From: Dehalococcoidia bacterium
Lineage (GTDB): Bacteria; Chloroflexota; Dehalococcoidia; UBA2979
Length of the DNA: 64,000 nucleotides
Assembly (NCBI GenBank): GCA_963667465.2
Contig: CAXXDN010000002.1
Span: 1,056,001 to 1,120,000 of the forward strand
Direction: 5' to 3'
In this document: positions 20,902 through 29,976 of the stretch, piece by piece
Layout of the letters: each line of letters begins with the position of its first letter
Position numbering within the stretch: position 1 is the stretch's first letter
Program-made: the position numbers and the translations under genes
Notes under the pieces: model-generated
What the model saw: only the letters and a program-made list of their open reading frames with translations
Database searches by the model: none
Told to the model about the DNA's origin: nothing

Positions 20902-21990
20902 TTACGCGTCCTCGTCGAACATCAGGACGCTGCGGGCCACCTCGCCCGCCTTCATCGCCCGGAACGCCTCGTTGATGTCCTCGAGCTCTCCGCGGCGCGT
21001 GATCATCTCGTCCAGCAGCAGCCGGCCCTGCAGGTACCAGTCGACGTAGCGAGGCATGTCGATGCGGAAGCGGTTGGAGCCCATGCTCGAGCCCTGCAGC
21101 GTCTTGCCGCCGAGCAGGCTCGGGCCGTCGATCTCCACCTTCGTACCCTGCGGGATCATCCCGATCACGGTGGCGGTGCCGCCGCGGCGGATCGACTCGT
21201 AACACTGCTCGGCGGCGGCCTTGAGGCCGATCGCCTCGAAGGTGTAGTCGACGCCGCCGGGGACGATGCCCTTGATCGCCTCCACCGGGTCGCGCGAGGA
21301 GGCGTCGACGGAGTGCGTCGCGCCCAGCTCCCGCGCGGTCGCCAGCTTCGACTCGTGGACATCGACGGCGATGATCGTGCGGGCTCCGCCGATGCGCGCG
21401 CCCTGGATCGCCGCCAGACCGACGCCGCCGGCGCCGAAGACCGCCACCGTGGACCCGACCTCGATGGCCGCGGTGTTCAGGACCGCGCCGAGGCCGGTCG
21501 TGACGCCGCAGCCGATCAGGGCCATGCGGTCGATCCCGATGTCCTGTTCGACCTTCACGAGGGCGTTCTGGTGGACCAGCATTCGCTCCGCGTAGGTGGC
21601 GAGGCCCGCCATTTGCGTGAGGCGGCCACCCTTCCAGCTCAGCGCCGGCTCCTCGTCGGGACCGCGCAGCGGGCGTTGCATGCAGAGGAACGGCTCACCG
21701 CCCAGGCAGCGATCACAGTTCCCGCAGAAGATCGAGAGGCAGGCGATGACGCGGTCGCCGGGGGCGAACATCGTGACGTCGTCTCCGACCGCCTCGACGA
21801 CGCCTGCTCCTTCGTGGCCGAGGACGGCCGGCGTGACCATCGAGTAGAAGCCATCGACGAAGTGCAGGTCCGAGTGACAGACGCCGCTCGCGCCGGTGCG
21901 AACGACGACTTCGTTACCGCGCGGCTCGTCGATATCGATGTCTTCGACGGTGAGCGCATCGTTGGGGGCGTGGAATACGGCGGCTCGCAT
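20902..21990 (-). CDS. Zn-dependent alcohol dehydrogenase (copy 2)
   Basis: CHSD, GHEGAG, CxxCxxC...C structural Zn site, GCGVTTG, GAGGVG; AAGGAG RBS. Confidence 0.93.
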   Translation of the reverse strand: MRAAVFHAPNDALTVEDIDIDEPRGNEVVVRTGASGVCHSDLHFVDGFYSMVTPAVLGHEGAGVVEAVGDDVTMFAPGDRVIACLSIFCGNCDRCLGGEPFLCMQRPLRGPDEEPALSWKGGRLTQMAGLATYAERMLVHQNALVKVEQDIGIDRMALIGCGVTTGLGAVLNTAAIEVGSTVAVFGAGGVGLAAIQGARIGGARTIIAVDVHESKLATARELGATHSVDASSRDPVEAIKGIVPGGVDYTFEAIGLKAAAEQCYESIRRGGTATVIGMIPQGTKVEIDGPSLLGGKTLQGSSMGSNRFRIDMPRYVDWYLQGRLLLDEMITRRGELEDINEAFRAMKAGEVARSVLMFDEDA

Positions 21991-22133
21991 CGCTGGCTCT
22001 CCTTGCTGGCGTTGCGTTCGGCGGGCGGCCCAGCGGACTGCGCCGCCCGCGACGCAGTGTGGCCATGCCGCGATGTGCTGTCCAGCCCGCGCGACGGCTC
22101 GCGCCGCTTGCCGAGGTGGAAGCGTCGGCTCGC

Positions 22134-23222
22134 CTACGCGTCCTCGTCGAACATCAGGACACTGCGGGCCACCTCGCCCGCCTTCATCGCCCGGAACGCC
22201 TCGTTGATGTCCTCGAGCTCTCCGCGGCGCGTGATCATCTCGTCCAGCAGCAGCCGGCCCTGCAGGTACCAGTCGATGTAGCGAGGCATGTCGATGCGGA
22301 AGCGGTTGGAGCCCATGAACGAGCCCTGGAACGTCTTGCCGCCGAGCAGACTGGGACCGTCGATCTCCACCTTCACGCCCTGCGGGATCATCCCGATGAT
22401 CGTCGCGGTGCCGCCGCGCCGGATCGCCTCGTAACACTGCTCGGCGGCGGCCTTGAGGCCGATCGCCTCGAAGGTGTAGTCGACGCCGCCGGGGACGATG
22501 CCCTTGATCGCCTCCACCGGGTCGCGCGAGGAGGCGTCGACCGAGTGCGTCGCGCCCAGCTCCCGCGCGGTCGCCAGCTTCGACTCGTGGACATCGACGG
22601 CGATGATCGTGCGGGCTCCGCCAATGCGCGCGCCCTGGATTGCCGCCAGGCCGACGCCGCCGGCGCCGAAGACCGCAACCGTCGAGCCGACTTCCATGCC
22701 GGCGGTGTTGAGCACGGCGCCCAGCCCGGTCGTGACGCCGCAGCCGATCAGCGCGGCGCGGTCGACCTCAATGTCTTGCTCGATCTTCACGAGGGCGTTC
22801 TGGTGGACCAACATCTTCTCCGCGTAGGTGGCGAGGCCCGCCATCTGCGTGAGGCCGCCGCCCTTCCAGCTCAGCGCCGGTTCGTCGCCACGGCGGCGCA
22901 TCGGGTTCTGCATGCAGAGGAACGGCTCGCCGCTGAGACAGCGGTCGCAGTTCCCACAGAAGATCGAGAGGCAGGAGATGACGCGGTCGCCCGGGGCGAA
23001 CATCGTCACATCCTCGCCGACCGCCTCGACGACCCCGGCGCCCTCGTGGCCGAGCACGGCCGGCGTGGCCATCGCGTAGAGGCCCTCGGCGAAGTGCAGG
23101 TCGGAGTGACAGACGCCGCTCGCTCCCGTGCGGACGACGACCTCGTTGCCGCGCGGCTCGTCGAGGTCGATGTCCTCGATGGTCAGCGCGTCATTGGGGG
23201 CGTGGAAGACGGCAGCTCGCAT
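22134..23222 (-). CDS. Zn-dependent alcohol dehydrogenase (copy 1)
   Basis: Same motifs as the 20902-21990 copy; near-identical protein. Confidence 0.93.
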   Translation of the reverse strand: MRAAVFHAPNDALTIEDIDLDEPRGNEVVVRTGASGVCHSDLHFAEGLYAMATPAVLGHEGAGVVEAVGEDVTMFAPGDRVISCLSIFCGNCDRCLSGEPFLCMQNPMRRRGDEPALSWKGGGLTQMAGLATYAEKMLVHQNALVKIEQDIEVDRAALIGCGVTTGLGAVLNTAGMEVGSTVAVFGAGGVGLAAIQGARIGGARTIIAVDVHESKLATARELGATHSVDASSRDPVEAIKGIVPGGVDYTFEAIGLKAAAEQCYEAIRRGGTATIIGMIPQGVKVEIDGPSLLGGKTFQGSFMGSNRFRIDMPRYIDWYLQGRLLLDEMITRRGELEDINEAFRAMKAGEVARSVLMFDEDA

Positions 23223-23343
23223 GGCAACTCTCCCTGCAGGCGTCGGAATTCGCGGGCGGCATTCGGGCGTGTCGCCCGCGACGCAGTGTGGCGATGCCGC
23301 CGTGCGCCGTCCAGCCCGCCAGCTCGACGGGGCCGGAGCCGCG

Positions 23344-25479
23344 CTACGCGCCGCCCTCGTCCAGCTGCGCGACCAGCTCTCCGACGCTGCGCGCCGGGAG
23401 CGCGCACACGAAGTCCTCGCAGACGTAGGCGGCGGCCTCGCCCGGCGCGACCGCGCGGCCCTCGAGGACCGGGAGCCCGTCCTCGCCGGCCGCGGGCGCA
23501 AGCAGGGTCGTGGGCAGGAAGCGTCCGGCCAGCTCGCGCTCGAACGGCGACCGCGCCTCGGGGTCGCCCACGACCGCGATCTCGCGCGGCGGCGCGACCA
23601 GCAGCTCGACGACCTGCAGCAGGCTGCCGAAGCCGCCCGCGCCCTCCGCCAGCTTCGCGCTCACCTGCGCGACCACCTCGCGCGCCACGTCCTCCCACTC
23701 GGGCCGCCCGAAGTAGCGGCCGAGCCAGAACGCGAGGAGCGCGGCCGCGCCGTTGCCGCTCGGCGTCGCGGCGTCATAGAACGGCTGCTGGCGCAGGATC
23801 AGGCGCTCGGCGTCCTCCGGCGATTCGAAGAAGCCACCTTCCGTGTCGCGGAAGCGCTCGACAATCTCCTCGAAGAGTGCAGCGGCCCAGTGCAGGTGGT
23901 CGAGGTCGCCCGTGGCGCGGTAGAGCTCGATCAGGCCGAGGCCGTAGCAGGCGTAGTCGTCGAGCAGCCCGTCGATCTTCGCGACGCCGTCCTTCCAGCT
24001 ATGCAGCAACCGCCCGCCGCCGCCAGCGGCAGCCGCCTGCCACATCGAGCCCCGCACGAACTCCGCGTTGCGGCGCGCAACTTCCACGTAGTGAGAATCG
24101 CCAAGCACTCGTCCGGCCTCGGCGAAAGCCGCCAGCGCGAGCCCGTTCCACGAGGTCAGTACCTTGTCGTCGAGGCCGGGCCAGAGGCGCCGCTCCCGCT
24201 CGGCCCGTAGTGCGGTGCGCCAGCCGGCGAGGCGCGCCTCCAGCTCCGCCTCGTCCACTCCGAAATCGCGCGCGATCTCGCCGAGTGGTCGGTAGCGGCT
24301 CAGCACATTGCGCCGCCCAAACTCCGCGTGGTGCGGATCCTCGAAGTTGCCGCCCTCGGTCACTCCGTACACCGCGCCGCAGATTCGCGCGTCCTCCTCA
24401 CCGAGGACGGCGTGCAGCTCCTCCCGCGTCCAGACGAAGAACTTGCCCTCGATGCCCTCGCTGTCGGCGTCCTGGGCGCTGTAGAAGCCGCCTTCGCCAT
24501 CGAGCATCTCGCGCTCGAGGTAGCCGAGCGTCTCGCGCACGATCCGCTCGAAGGCCGGATCGCCGCCGAACTGGTGGCCGTGGAGGTAGACGCGGGCAAG
24601 CTGCGCGTTGTCGTAGAGCATCTTCTCGAAGTGCGGAACCAGCCACTGCCGATCGACGCTGTAGCGCGCGAAGCCGCCACCGAGCTGGTCATACATCCCG
24701 CCGGCGGCCATCGCCCGCAGGGTCGAGAGCGCCATGCGCCCCGCCGTACCCGCTGCGCCGCCCTCCGCTCGCCGGCGTGCCTCGTGCATCAGCAGGAATT
24801 CAAGGCCACCGGGGTTGGGGAACTTGGGCGCATGCCCGAAGCCCCCCCACTCCTCATCGAAGCCTCGCCACAGCGCTTCGAGTGCCTCCGCGGTCAGTCC
24901 GGCGCTCGCCGCGGCCGGGCCGTCCTCGCTCTCGTACTGGCGGGCGACGGCGGTTTGCAGCCGCTCCGTGATGTCCTGCGCCGAGTCAAGCACGCGACTG
25001 CGGTCGTCACGCCAAAGGTCGCGCAGCGCGGTCAGCACGCGCGGGAAGCCGGGCCGGCCGTGGCCGTCCTCGGGAGGGAAGTAGGTCCCGGCGTAGAACG
25101 GCTTGCCCTCCGGAGTGAGGAAGACGGTCATCGGCCAGCCGCCGGACCCTGTCAGCGCCTGCGTCGCAGTCATGTAGACGTTGTCGACGTCCGGGCGCTC
25201 CTCGCGATCGACCTTCACGTTGACGAACGCCTCGTTCATCAGCGCCGCGATCGTCTCGTCCTCGAACGACTCGTGCGCCATGACGTGGCACCAGTGGCAC
25301 GAGGAGTAGCCGACCGAGAGCAGCAGCGGCTTGTCCTCGGCGCGGGCGCGCTCGAAGGCCTCCTCGCCCCACGGGTACCAGTCGACCGGGTTAGCGGCGT
25401 GCTGCAGCAGGTAGGGGCTGGTCTCGCCGGAGAGCCGGTTGCGGTGGCCGGGGGCGTCCGTCTCGCTACCGTCCGTCAC
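23344..25479 (-). CDS. Thioredoxin domain protein, YyaL/SPATA20 (DUF255) family
   Basis: [54 protein letters not shown]. Confidence 0.95.
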   Translation of the reverse strand: MTDGSETDAPGHRNRLSGETSPYLLQHAANPVDWYPWGEEAFERARAEDKPLLLSVGYSSCHWCHVMAHESFEDETIAALMNEAFVNVKVDREERPDVDNVYMTATQALTGSGGWPMTVFLTPEGKPFYAGTYFPPEDGHGRPGFPRVLTALRDLWRDDRSRVLDSAQDITERLQTAVARQYESEDGPAAASAGLTAEALEALWRGFDEEWGGFGHAPKFPNPGGLEFLLMHEARRRAEGGAAGTAGRMALSTLRAMAAGGMYDQLGGGFARYSVDRQWLVPHFEKMLYDNAQLARVYLHGHQFGGDPAFERIVRETLGYLEREMLDGEGGFYSAQDADSEGIEGKFFVWTREELHAVLGEEDARICGAVYGVTEGGNFEDPHHAEFGRRNVLSRYRPLGEIARDFGVDEAELEARLAGWRTALRAERERRLWPGLDDKVLTSWNGLALAAFAEAGRVLGDSHYVEVARRNAEFVRGSMWQAAAAGGGGRLLHSWKDGVAKIDGLLDDYACYGLGLIELYRATGDLDHLHWAAALFEEIVERFRDTEGGFFESPEDAERLILRQQPFYDAATPSGNGAAALLAFWLGRYFGRPEWEDVAREVVAQVSAKLAEGAGGFGSLLQVVELLVAPPREIAVVGDPEARSPFERELAGRFLPTTLLAPAAGEDGLPVLEGRAVAPGEAAAYVCEDFVCALPARSVGELVAQLDEGGA

Positions 25480-25748
25480 GGGCGCTCGCGCGGCTCGTCC
25501 CGCGCCTCGCAGTCCTGATCACCCGCCTCGCACGCCTGTCCCGTCGCCTCCCGCGCGACGCCCTCGAGGGCGTTCGCGAGCGCGGACCCCAGCCCGCCGG
25601 CGGCGCCCAGCGCCGAGCCCGCCGCGCCGCCTGCCGCCTCTCCGGCGCCACCAACGGCGCCACCAACGGCGCCGAGGAACGGCGACCGCGGCCGCGGCTT
25701 TGGGTCCGGCTCGCCCGGCTGATCGGGCCGCGCTGTGGGCTCGGGCAT
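25476..25748 (-). CDS. Small Gly/Ala-rich (glycine-zipper-like) hypothetical protein
   Basis: GGAG RBS; GTGA overlap with the YyaL-family gene; [23 protein letters not shown] repeats. Confidence 0.65.
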   Translation of the reverse strand: MPEPTARPDQPGEPDPKPRPRSPFLGAVGGAVGGAGEAAGGAAGSALGAAGGLGSALANALEGVAREATGQACEAGDQDCEARDEPRERP

Positions 25749-25876
25749 GGTGATCGCTCCACTCGGCGGGACCGCCGGATCATGCACTACGTGAGACGCA
25801 GGGTAGCGCAAAGTGCCCAAAACGAACGTAACAACGCGTTCCACTATACGTAACGACTGATTGAACGGTTTAGCAC

Positions 25877-25906
25877 TTGACAGGCGGGATCCGCGATCTC
25901 TAGCGT
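25877..25906 (+). promoter_or_regulatory. sigma70-type promoter for the 25975 gene
   Basis: TTGACA (25877-82), 18-bp spacer, TAGCGT (25901-06), inside a markedly AT-richer intergenic region. Confidence 0.65.
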
Positions 25907-25974
25907 CCGCCCAAGTTGGTACGCACAGAAGCGCCAGAATGTACGTACCACGAGAGGGAGAGGGGATTGTTGGA

Positions 25975-26289
25975 ATGACGTGGGCAGAACGAGTAGGTGA
26001 CCTCGCGACGAATGTCGCACTAGTCGCGATCAACTTCGCGAGGATCTTCACGCTGGCCGCCAGCATTCTCGCCACCAAGGTCGACGACCTGGTGACGAGC
26101 CTGGGTGAGCGCAGCGAGAACGGCCTGGCTCGCACCGACACGGCAGCCGGCACGTGGGTTCGCCTGCCCGCTGCCGTGCTCTGGGGTCTCGCGGCGATCA
26201 GTCTTCGCCTGGTTTCGATCGTGACCGTGTTCGTACGGCAGTTGACGGGCGCGGCGGACGACTTCTTCCGCACGCTGGCCGAAGGTTAG
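25975..26289 (+). CDS. Hypothetical amphipathic helical-hairpin protein A (104 aa)
   Basis: GAGGGAGAGGGG RBS; internal 43-aa duplication; paralogous to the next gene. Confidence 0.8.
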   Translation: MTWAERVGDLATNVALVAINFARIFTLAASILATKVDDLVTSLGERSENGLARTDTAAGTWVRLPAAVLWGLAAISLRLVSIVTVFVRQLTGAADDFFRTLAEG

Positions 26290-26366
26290 GCCTTGGCGAA
26301 CTGAGCCGGCCGCTCGCCGAGCGAGCAGCCGCGAACTAACGAGAGACGCGAGCAAGGTACTCGAGA

Positions 26367-26726
26367 GTGTTGAACGCGCTCGTGGCGAGCTCCTGGGCGG
26401 ACAACCTCCGGGAAATCCTGGAGGATGTCCGCCGGGTGCTCGTGTTCGCCTTGCTCACCGTGAGCGGAATCTGGCACGCCTTCGCCCTCGCGCTTGACGG
26501 CCTCGCACGGGGCCTCGATGGCGAGTGGCGGCAGGCGGCGGACCGGACGGGTATTGATGCCTGGTGGCCCTTCCGGATGGGTCTGCGCGCGGTCGCGTGG
26601 CTGCACGGAGTTGTAGCCTCGGGGGCCGCCGCGCTGAGCCGCCTCAGCGCCGCACATTTGCGGCTGGCAGGAAACATCGACGAGCGCCTGCTGCGCTCCC
26701 TGGGCGAGACGACCGCGCCTGCCTGA
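26367..26726 (+). CDS. Hypothetical amphipathic helical-hairpin protein B (119 aa)
   Basis: Aligns without gaps to protein A over about 60 aa (W, D, L, RT and R in register); start codon uncertain. Confidence 0.75.
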   Translation: MLNALVASSWADNLREILEDVRRVLVFALLTVSGIWHAFALALDGLARGLDGEWRQAADRTGIDAWWPFRMGLRAVAWLHGVVASGAAALSRLSAAHLRLAGNIDERLLRSLGETTAPA

Positions 26727-26790
26727 CCCGCCCGCCGGCGACAACATTCCGCATCCGCGACCCCCGCGGATGCTCGTTCGTGTGTGCCCT

Positions 26791-26838
26791 CGACTGTGAG
26801 ATCGGGCGACTGTGAGATCGGGCGACTGTGAGATCGGG
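26791..26838. repeat. 16-bp perfect tandem repeat x3 (CGACTGTGAGATCGGG)
   Basis: Units at 26791, 26807 and 26823. Confidence 0.95.
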
Positions 26839-27279
26839 CTAGATCATCCGGCGCAGGCCGGAGATCACTCCACGCGCATCGTCCAGCAGGCTGCGCCGCC
26901 GCGAGGGCGCCTGCGGGCGCGCACCGGCACGCCTCGGCGCGCGAGCCCCGGCGGGCGGAGCCGCCGCAGGGGGCTGGGGCGGTGTGTCCGGCTGCTCCGC
27001 TGCGTCGGCGGCGGGAGCGCCGGTGGCCGCCTCCGGCGCCGGGAGCTGCAGCAGCGCATGCACCTGGAGCTGCGCGTTTCCGAGCAGCCGCCGCAACTCC
27101 GCGCGCTCCGTCGCCGCCTCGCGCTGCTCCTCGGCGGCCACGTCAAGCTGACGCTCGAGGCGCTCGACAGAGGCCCGCAGCGTGTCGGCACGTGCATGGA
27201 CCGAGGCCAGCAACTGGTCCCGATGCTCCAGTTCCAGTCGCAGGCGGGCGTTCTCCGCCGCTGCCTGGTCGTCGGTCAT
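26839..27279 (-). CDS. Hypothetical coiled-coil protein with a Pro/Ala linker and C-terminal amphipathic helix
   Basis: AGGAGG RBS; heptad-like N-terminal ~80 aa; ends in RRRSLLDDARGVISGLRRMI. Confidence 0.75.
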   Translation of the reverse strand: MTDDQAAAENARLRLELEHRDQLLASVHARADTLRASVERLERQLDVAAEEQREAATERAELRRLLGNAQLQVHALLQLPAPEAATGAPAADAAEQPDTPPQPPAAAPPAGARAPRRAGARPQAPSRRRSLLDDARGVISGLRRMI

Positions 27280-27429
27280 CCGGTCGCCTCCTGAACCCGC
27301 CAGCTCCGGCAGTCTAGCGTCGCGCCGGGGCGTTGCGTCCAACGCGGGTGCGACACGTCCGATCGCCGCGCCCGCGGCGGCGGCGTGCGGCTATGATTGG
27401 CGCGACGGCACGAGCACGTCGAGAGGGAC

Positions 27430-28692
27430 ATGATGGACTGGAGCGACACGCCGGAACAGGCGGAGTTCAGGGAATACGTCCGCGGCTTCTTCGCGGACAA
27501 GCTGCCCGAGCGCTATCGCAACGCGCCGCACGCCGAGTTCCACAACGTCCGCGCCGTCAACGGCGAGGAGATCATTCTCAACTCCGCAAGCTGGACCGGC
27601 GACCGGCTCTCCGAGGATCCGGAGATCCACCAGGCCGCCGAGGACTGGGGCGCCGCACTCAGCGCCGAGGGCTACGTCGCCCCGGCCTGGCCGAAGGAAC
27701 TCGGCGGCGCCGGCTTCAGCACCCGCGAGCAGTTCATCTTCCACGAGGAGCGTGAGAAGGCCGGGGCGCCTCGCGCCGGCGGGACCGGCGCGATGTTCCT
27801 CGGCTCCGTGCTGATGGTGCACGGCAACGAGGAACAACGCGCGCGCTACATGCCCGCGATCGCCCGCGGCGAGATCGAGTGGGCACAGGGCTACTCGGAG
27901 CCGGGTGCGGGCTCGGACCTCGCCTCGCTGAGCCTGAGGGCGGAACGCGACGGCGACGAGTACGTGCTCAACGGCCAGAAGATCTGGTCCACGCCGCAGA
28001 CTTCGGATGCCATCTACTGCCTCGTGCGGACGGACCCCGACGCGCCGAAGCATCGAGGCATCTCGTTCCTGATGGTGGACAGCCTGACCGCGCCCGGGAT
28101 CGTGATGAAGCCGCTGCTCAACGCCTGCTTCGACCACGGCCGCTTCGGCGAGACCTTCTTCGACAACGTGCGCGTACCCGCGGCGAACCTGATCGGCGAG
28201 GAGAACCGCGGCTGGTACGTCGCGATGACGCTGATGGACTTCGACCGCGCCTCGATCTCCGGCACCGGCGAGGACCGGCGCACGATCCACAAGCTGATCG
28301 ACTACTCGCACAGCGCCGAGGGCCGGACGCGCACCCGCATCGCCGATCTGCCCTCCGTGCGCGCCGAGGTCGCCGACCGCATGATCGAGACCGAGGTCGG
28401 GCACAACCTCTCGTACCGCCTCGCCTGGATGCAGTCGTCCGGGCTGATCCCCAACTACGAGGCCTCGATGGGCAAGGTGTTCTCCACCGAGCTGCACCAG
28501 CGCGTGGCCCGCACCGGCGCGAAGGCGCTGGGGCTCTACACCAACATCTGGCCCGGCGATTCGCTGGCGCCCATCGAGGGCGAGTTCTCCGACCGCTACG
28601 TGCGGATGATCCCGGACTCGATTGCCGGTGGCACCTCGGAGATCCAGCGCAACGTGATCGCCACGCGCGGCCTCGGCCTGCCCCGCAGCTAG
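27430..28692 (+). CDS. Acyl-CoA dehydrogenase family protein
   Basis: QGYSEPGAGSDLASL, NGQKIWS, GEENRGW, GGTSEIQRNVIA. Confidence 0.93.
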   Translation: MMDWSDTPEQAEFREYVRGFFADKLPERYRNAPHAEFHNVRAVNGEEIILNSASWTGDRLSEDPEIHQAAEDWGAALSAEGYVAPAWPKELGGAGFSTREQFIFHEEREKAGAPRAGGTGAMFLGSVLMVHGNEEQRARYMPAIARGEIEWAQGYSEPGAGSDLASLSLRAERDGDEYVLNGQKIWSTPQTSDAIYCLVRTDPDAPKHRGISFLMVDSLTAPGIVMKPLLNACFDHGRFGETFFDNVRVPAANLIGEENRGWYVAMTLMDFDRASISGTGEDRRTIHKLIDYSHSAEGRTRTRIADLPSVRAEVADRMIETEVGHNLSYRLAWMQSSGLIPNYEASMGKVFSTELHQRVARTGAKALGLYTNIWPGDSLAPIEGEFSDRYVRMIPDSIAGGTSEIQRNVIATRGLGLPRS

Positions 28693-28699
28693 CGGCGTC

Positions 28700-29878
28700 A
28701 TGCAGATCGACATCTTCAGCGAGATGCAGCGTCCCCGCGAGCTGTGGGACGACGACGCCTACGAGCACACCCTGATCGAGGAGACGCTGGAACAGGCGCA
28801 GCTCGCCGACGAGCTCGGCTACGGCTGCTGGTGGCAGGTGGAGCACCACGGCGCGGTCGAGTTCAGCTACAGCTCCGCGCCCGAGCTGATGCTGACCGCG
28901 ATCGCTCGTGGCACGGAGCGGTTACGCGTCGGCCACTCCGCAGTACTCTCGCCGCACCGCTTCAACCACCCGATCCGAGTCGCCGAGCGCGCCGCCTTCC
29001 TTGATCACCTCAGCGAGGGCCGCCTCGAGCTCGGCCTCGCGCGCTCCACAGTCAAGGAGTGGCGCGCCTTCAACATCGACGGCGACGAGACGCGCGATCA
29101 GATGCAGCAGGCGTTCGAACTGATCCCGCAGCTCTGGACGCAGGACGCCGTGGACTGGGACAGCGAAGACTTCGCGATCCACGACTTCACGCTCACGCCC
29201 AAGCCTCTGCAGAAGCCCCACCCGCCGCTCTGGCAGGCCTGCTCCGGCCCGATCTCGTTCGAGCAGGCCGGCCGCAACGGCGTCGGCGCGCTCGCCAACA
29301 CGCTCTGGCGCTCGCTTGACCAGGTCGAGGAGATCGTCGAGTCCTACAAGCGCGGCATCGCCCAGTGCGAACGACCTGTCGGCGAATTCATCAACGACCA
29401 GATCGCATTCTTCACCTTCGTACACTGCGTCGAGGACGGCGACGCCAGACTGAGCAGCGCCGCCGCGGGCGCGGCCGCGTGGTACACCAACACCGCGCTC
29501 ACCTTCTTCGAGGCCCGTGAGTCTTTCCTGCGCCGCGCGCGCGAGATCGAGGCCGCGCGGGACGAGGCCGGAAGCGACCTCACCGGCCGCTTCCTCGAGG
29601 ACGAGGACGCCGAGTCGACGAAGGCGCAGCTGATCCATGCGCGGATCATGAACGGCGAGGCCGTCGCCGACGAAGAGGTCTTCGAGGTGCTGAGCGAGCA
29701 GCAGTCGCTCGTCGTCGGAGACCAGCAGGCCTGCCTCGAGAAGATGAAGCGCTACGAGGAGGTCGGGATCGACCGCCTGATGAGCTTCCACCAGGTCGGC
29801 AAGCTGCGTCACGAGGAGGTGACGCGCAGCATCCGGCTGATCGGCGAGCTGATCCCGGAGTTTCACGCCACGGAGTGA
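28700..29878 (+). CDS. LLM-class flavin-dependent oxidoreductase
   Basis: ADELGY..W.VEHH, HPIRVAERAAFLDHLSEGRLELG, PKPLQKPHPP. Confidence 0.9.
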   Translation: MQIDIFSEMQRPRELWDDDAYEHTLIEETLEQAQLADELGYGCWWQVEHHGAVEFSYSSAPELMLTAIARGTERLRVGHSAVLSPHRFNHPIRVAERAAFLDHLSEGRLELGLARSTVKEWRAFNIDGDETRDQMQQAFELIPQLWTQDAVDWDSEDFAIHDFTLTPKPLQKPHPPLWQACSGPISFEQAGRNGVGALANTLWRSLDQVEEIVESYKRGIAQCERPVGEFINDQIAFFTFVHCVEDGDARLSSAAAGAAAWYTNTALTFFEARESFLRRAREIEAARDEAGSDLTGRFLEDEDAESTKAQLIHARIMNGEAVADEEVFEVLSEQQSLVVGDQQACLEKMKRYEEVGIDRLMSFHQVGKLRHEEVTRSIRLIGELIPEFHATE

Positions 29879-29976
29879 CAACGGACGGGCCGCGCCGCCA
29901 TTGACGCCTGCCGGGCGAGCGTCGAGGCTGCGCCCCCGGCAACCAACAGCGAGAAGAGCGGCGAAGGGAGCGGTCG

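Larger units (their letters stand above)
20902..23320. repeat. Tandem duplication of the ADH gene plus its promoter region (period about 1.23 kb)
   Basis: Both CDSs are 1089 bp and offset by 1232 bp; upstream segments 22044-22090 and 23273-23319 also align. Confidence 0.92.

Noticed and set aside
19891-24971. Very long plus-strand ORFs 19891-22281 and 22059-24971 (likewise 34344-37196 minus and 39716-41536 plus)
   Set aside because: Antisense shadows of well-supported genes; stop codons are rare at this GC and the translations carry no motifs.
25975-26726. Gas vesicle GvpA or WXG100 assignment for the paralogue pair
   Set aside because: No LDRILDKG-like GvpA motif and no central WXG motif; no gvp or type VII secretion genes nearby.
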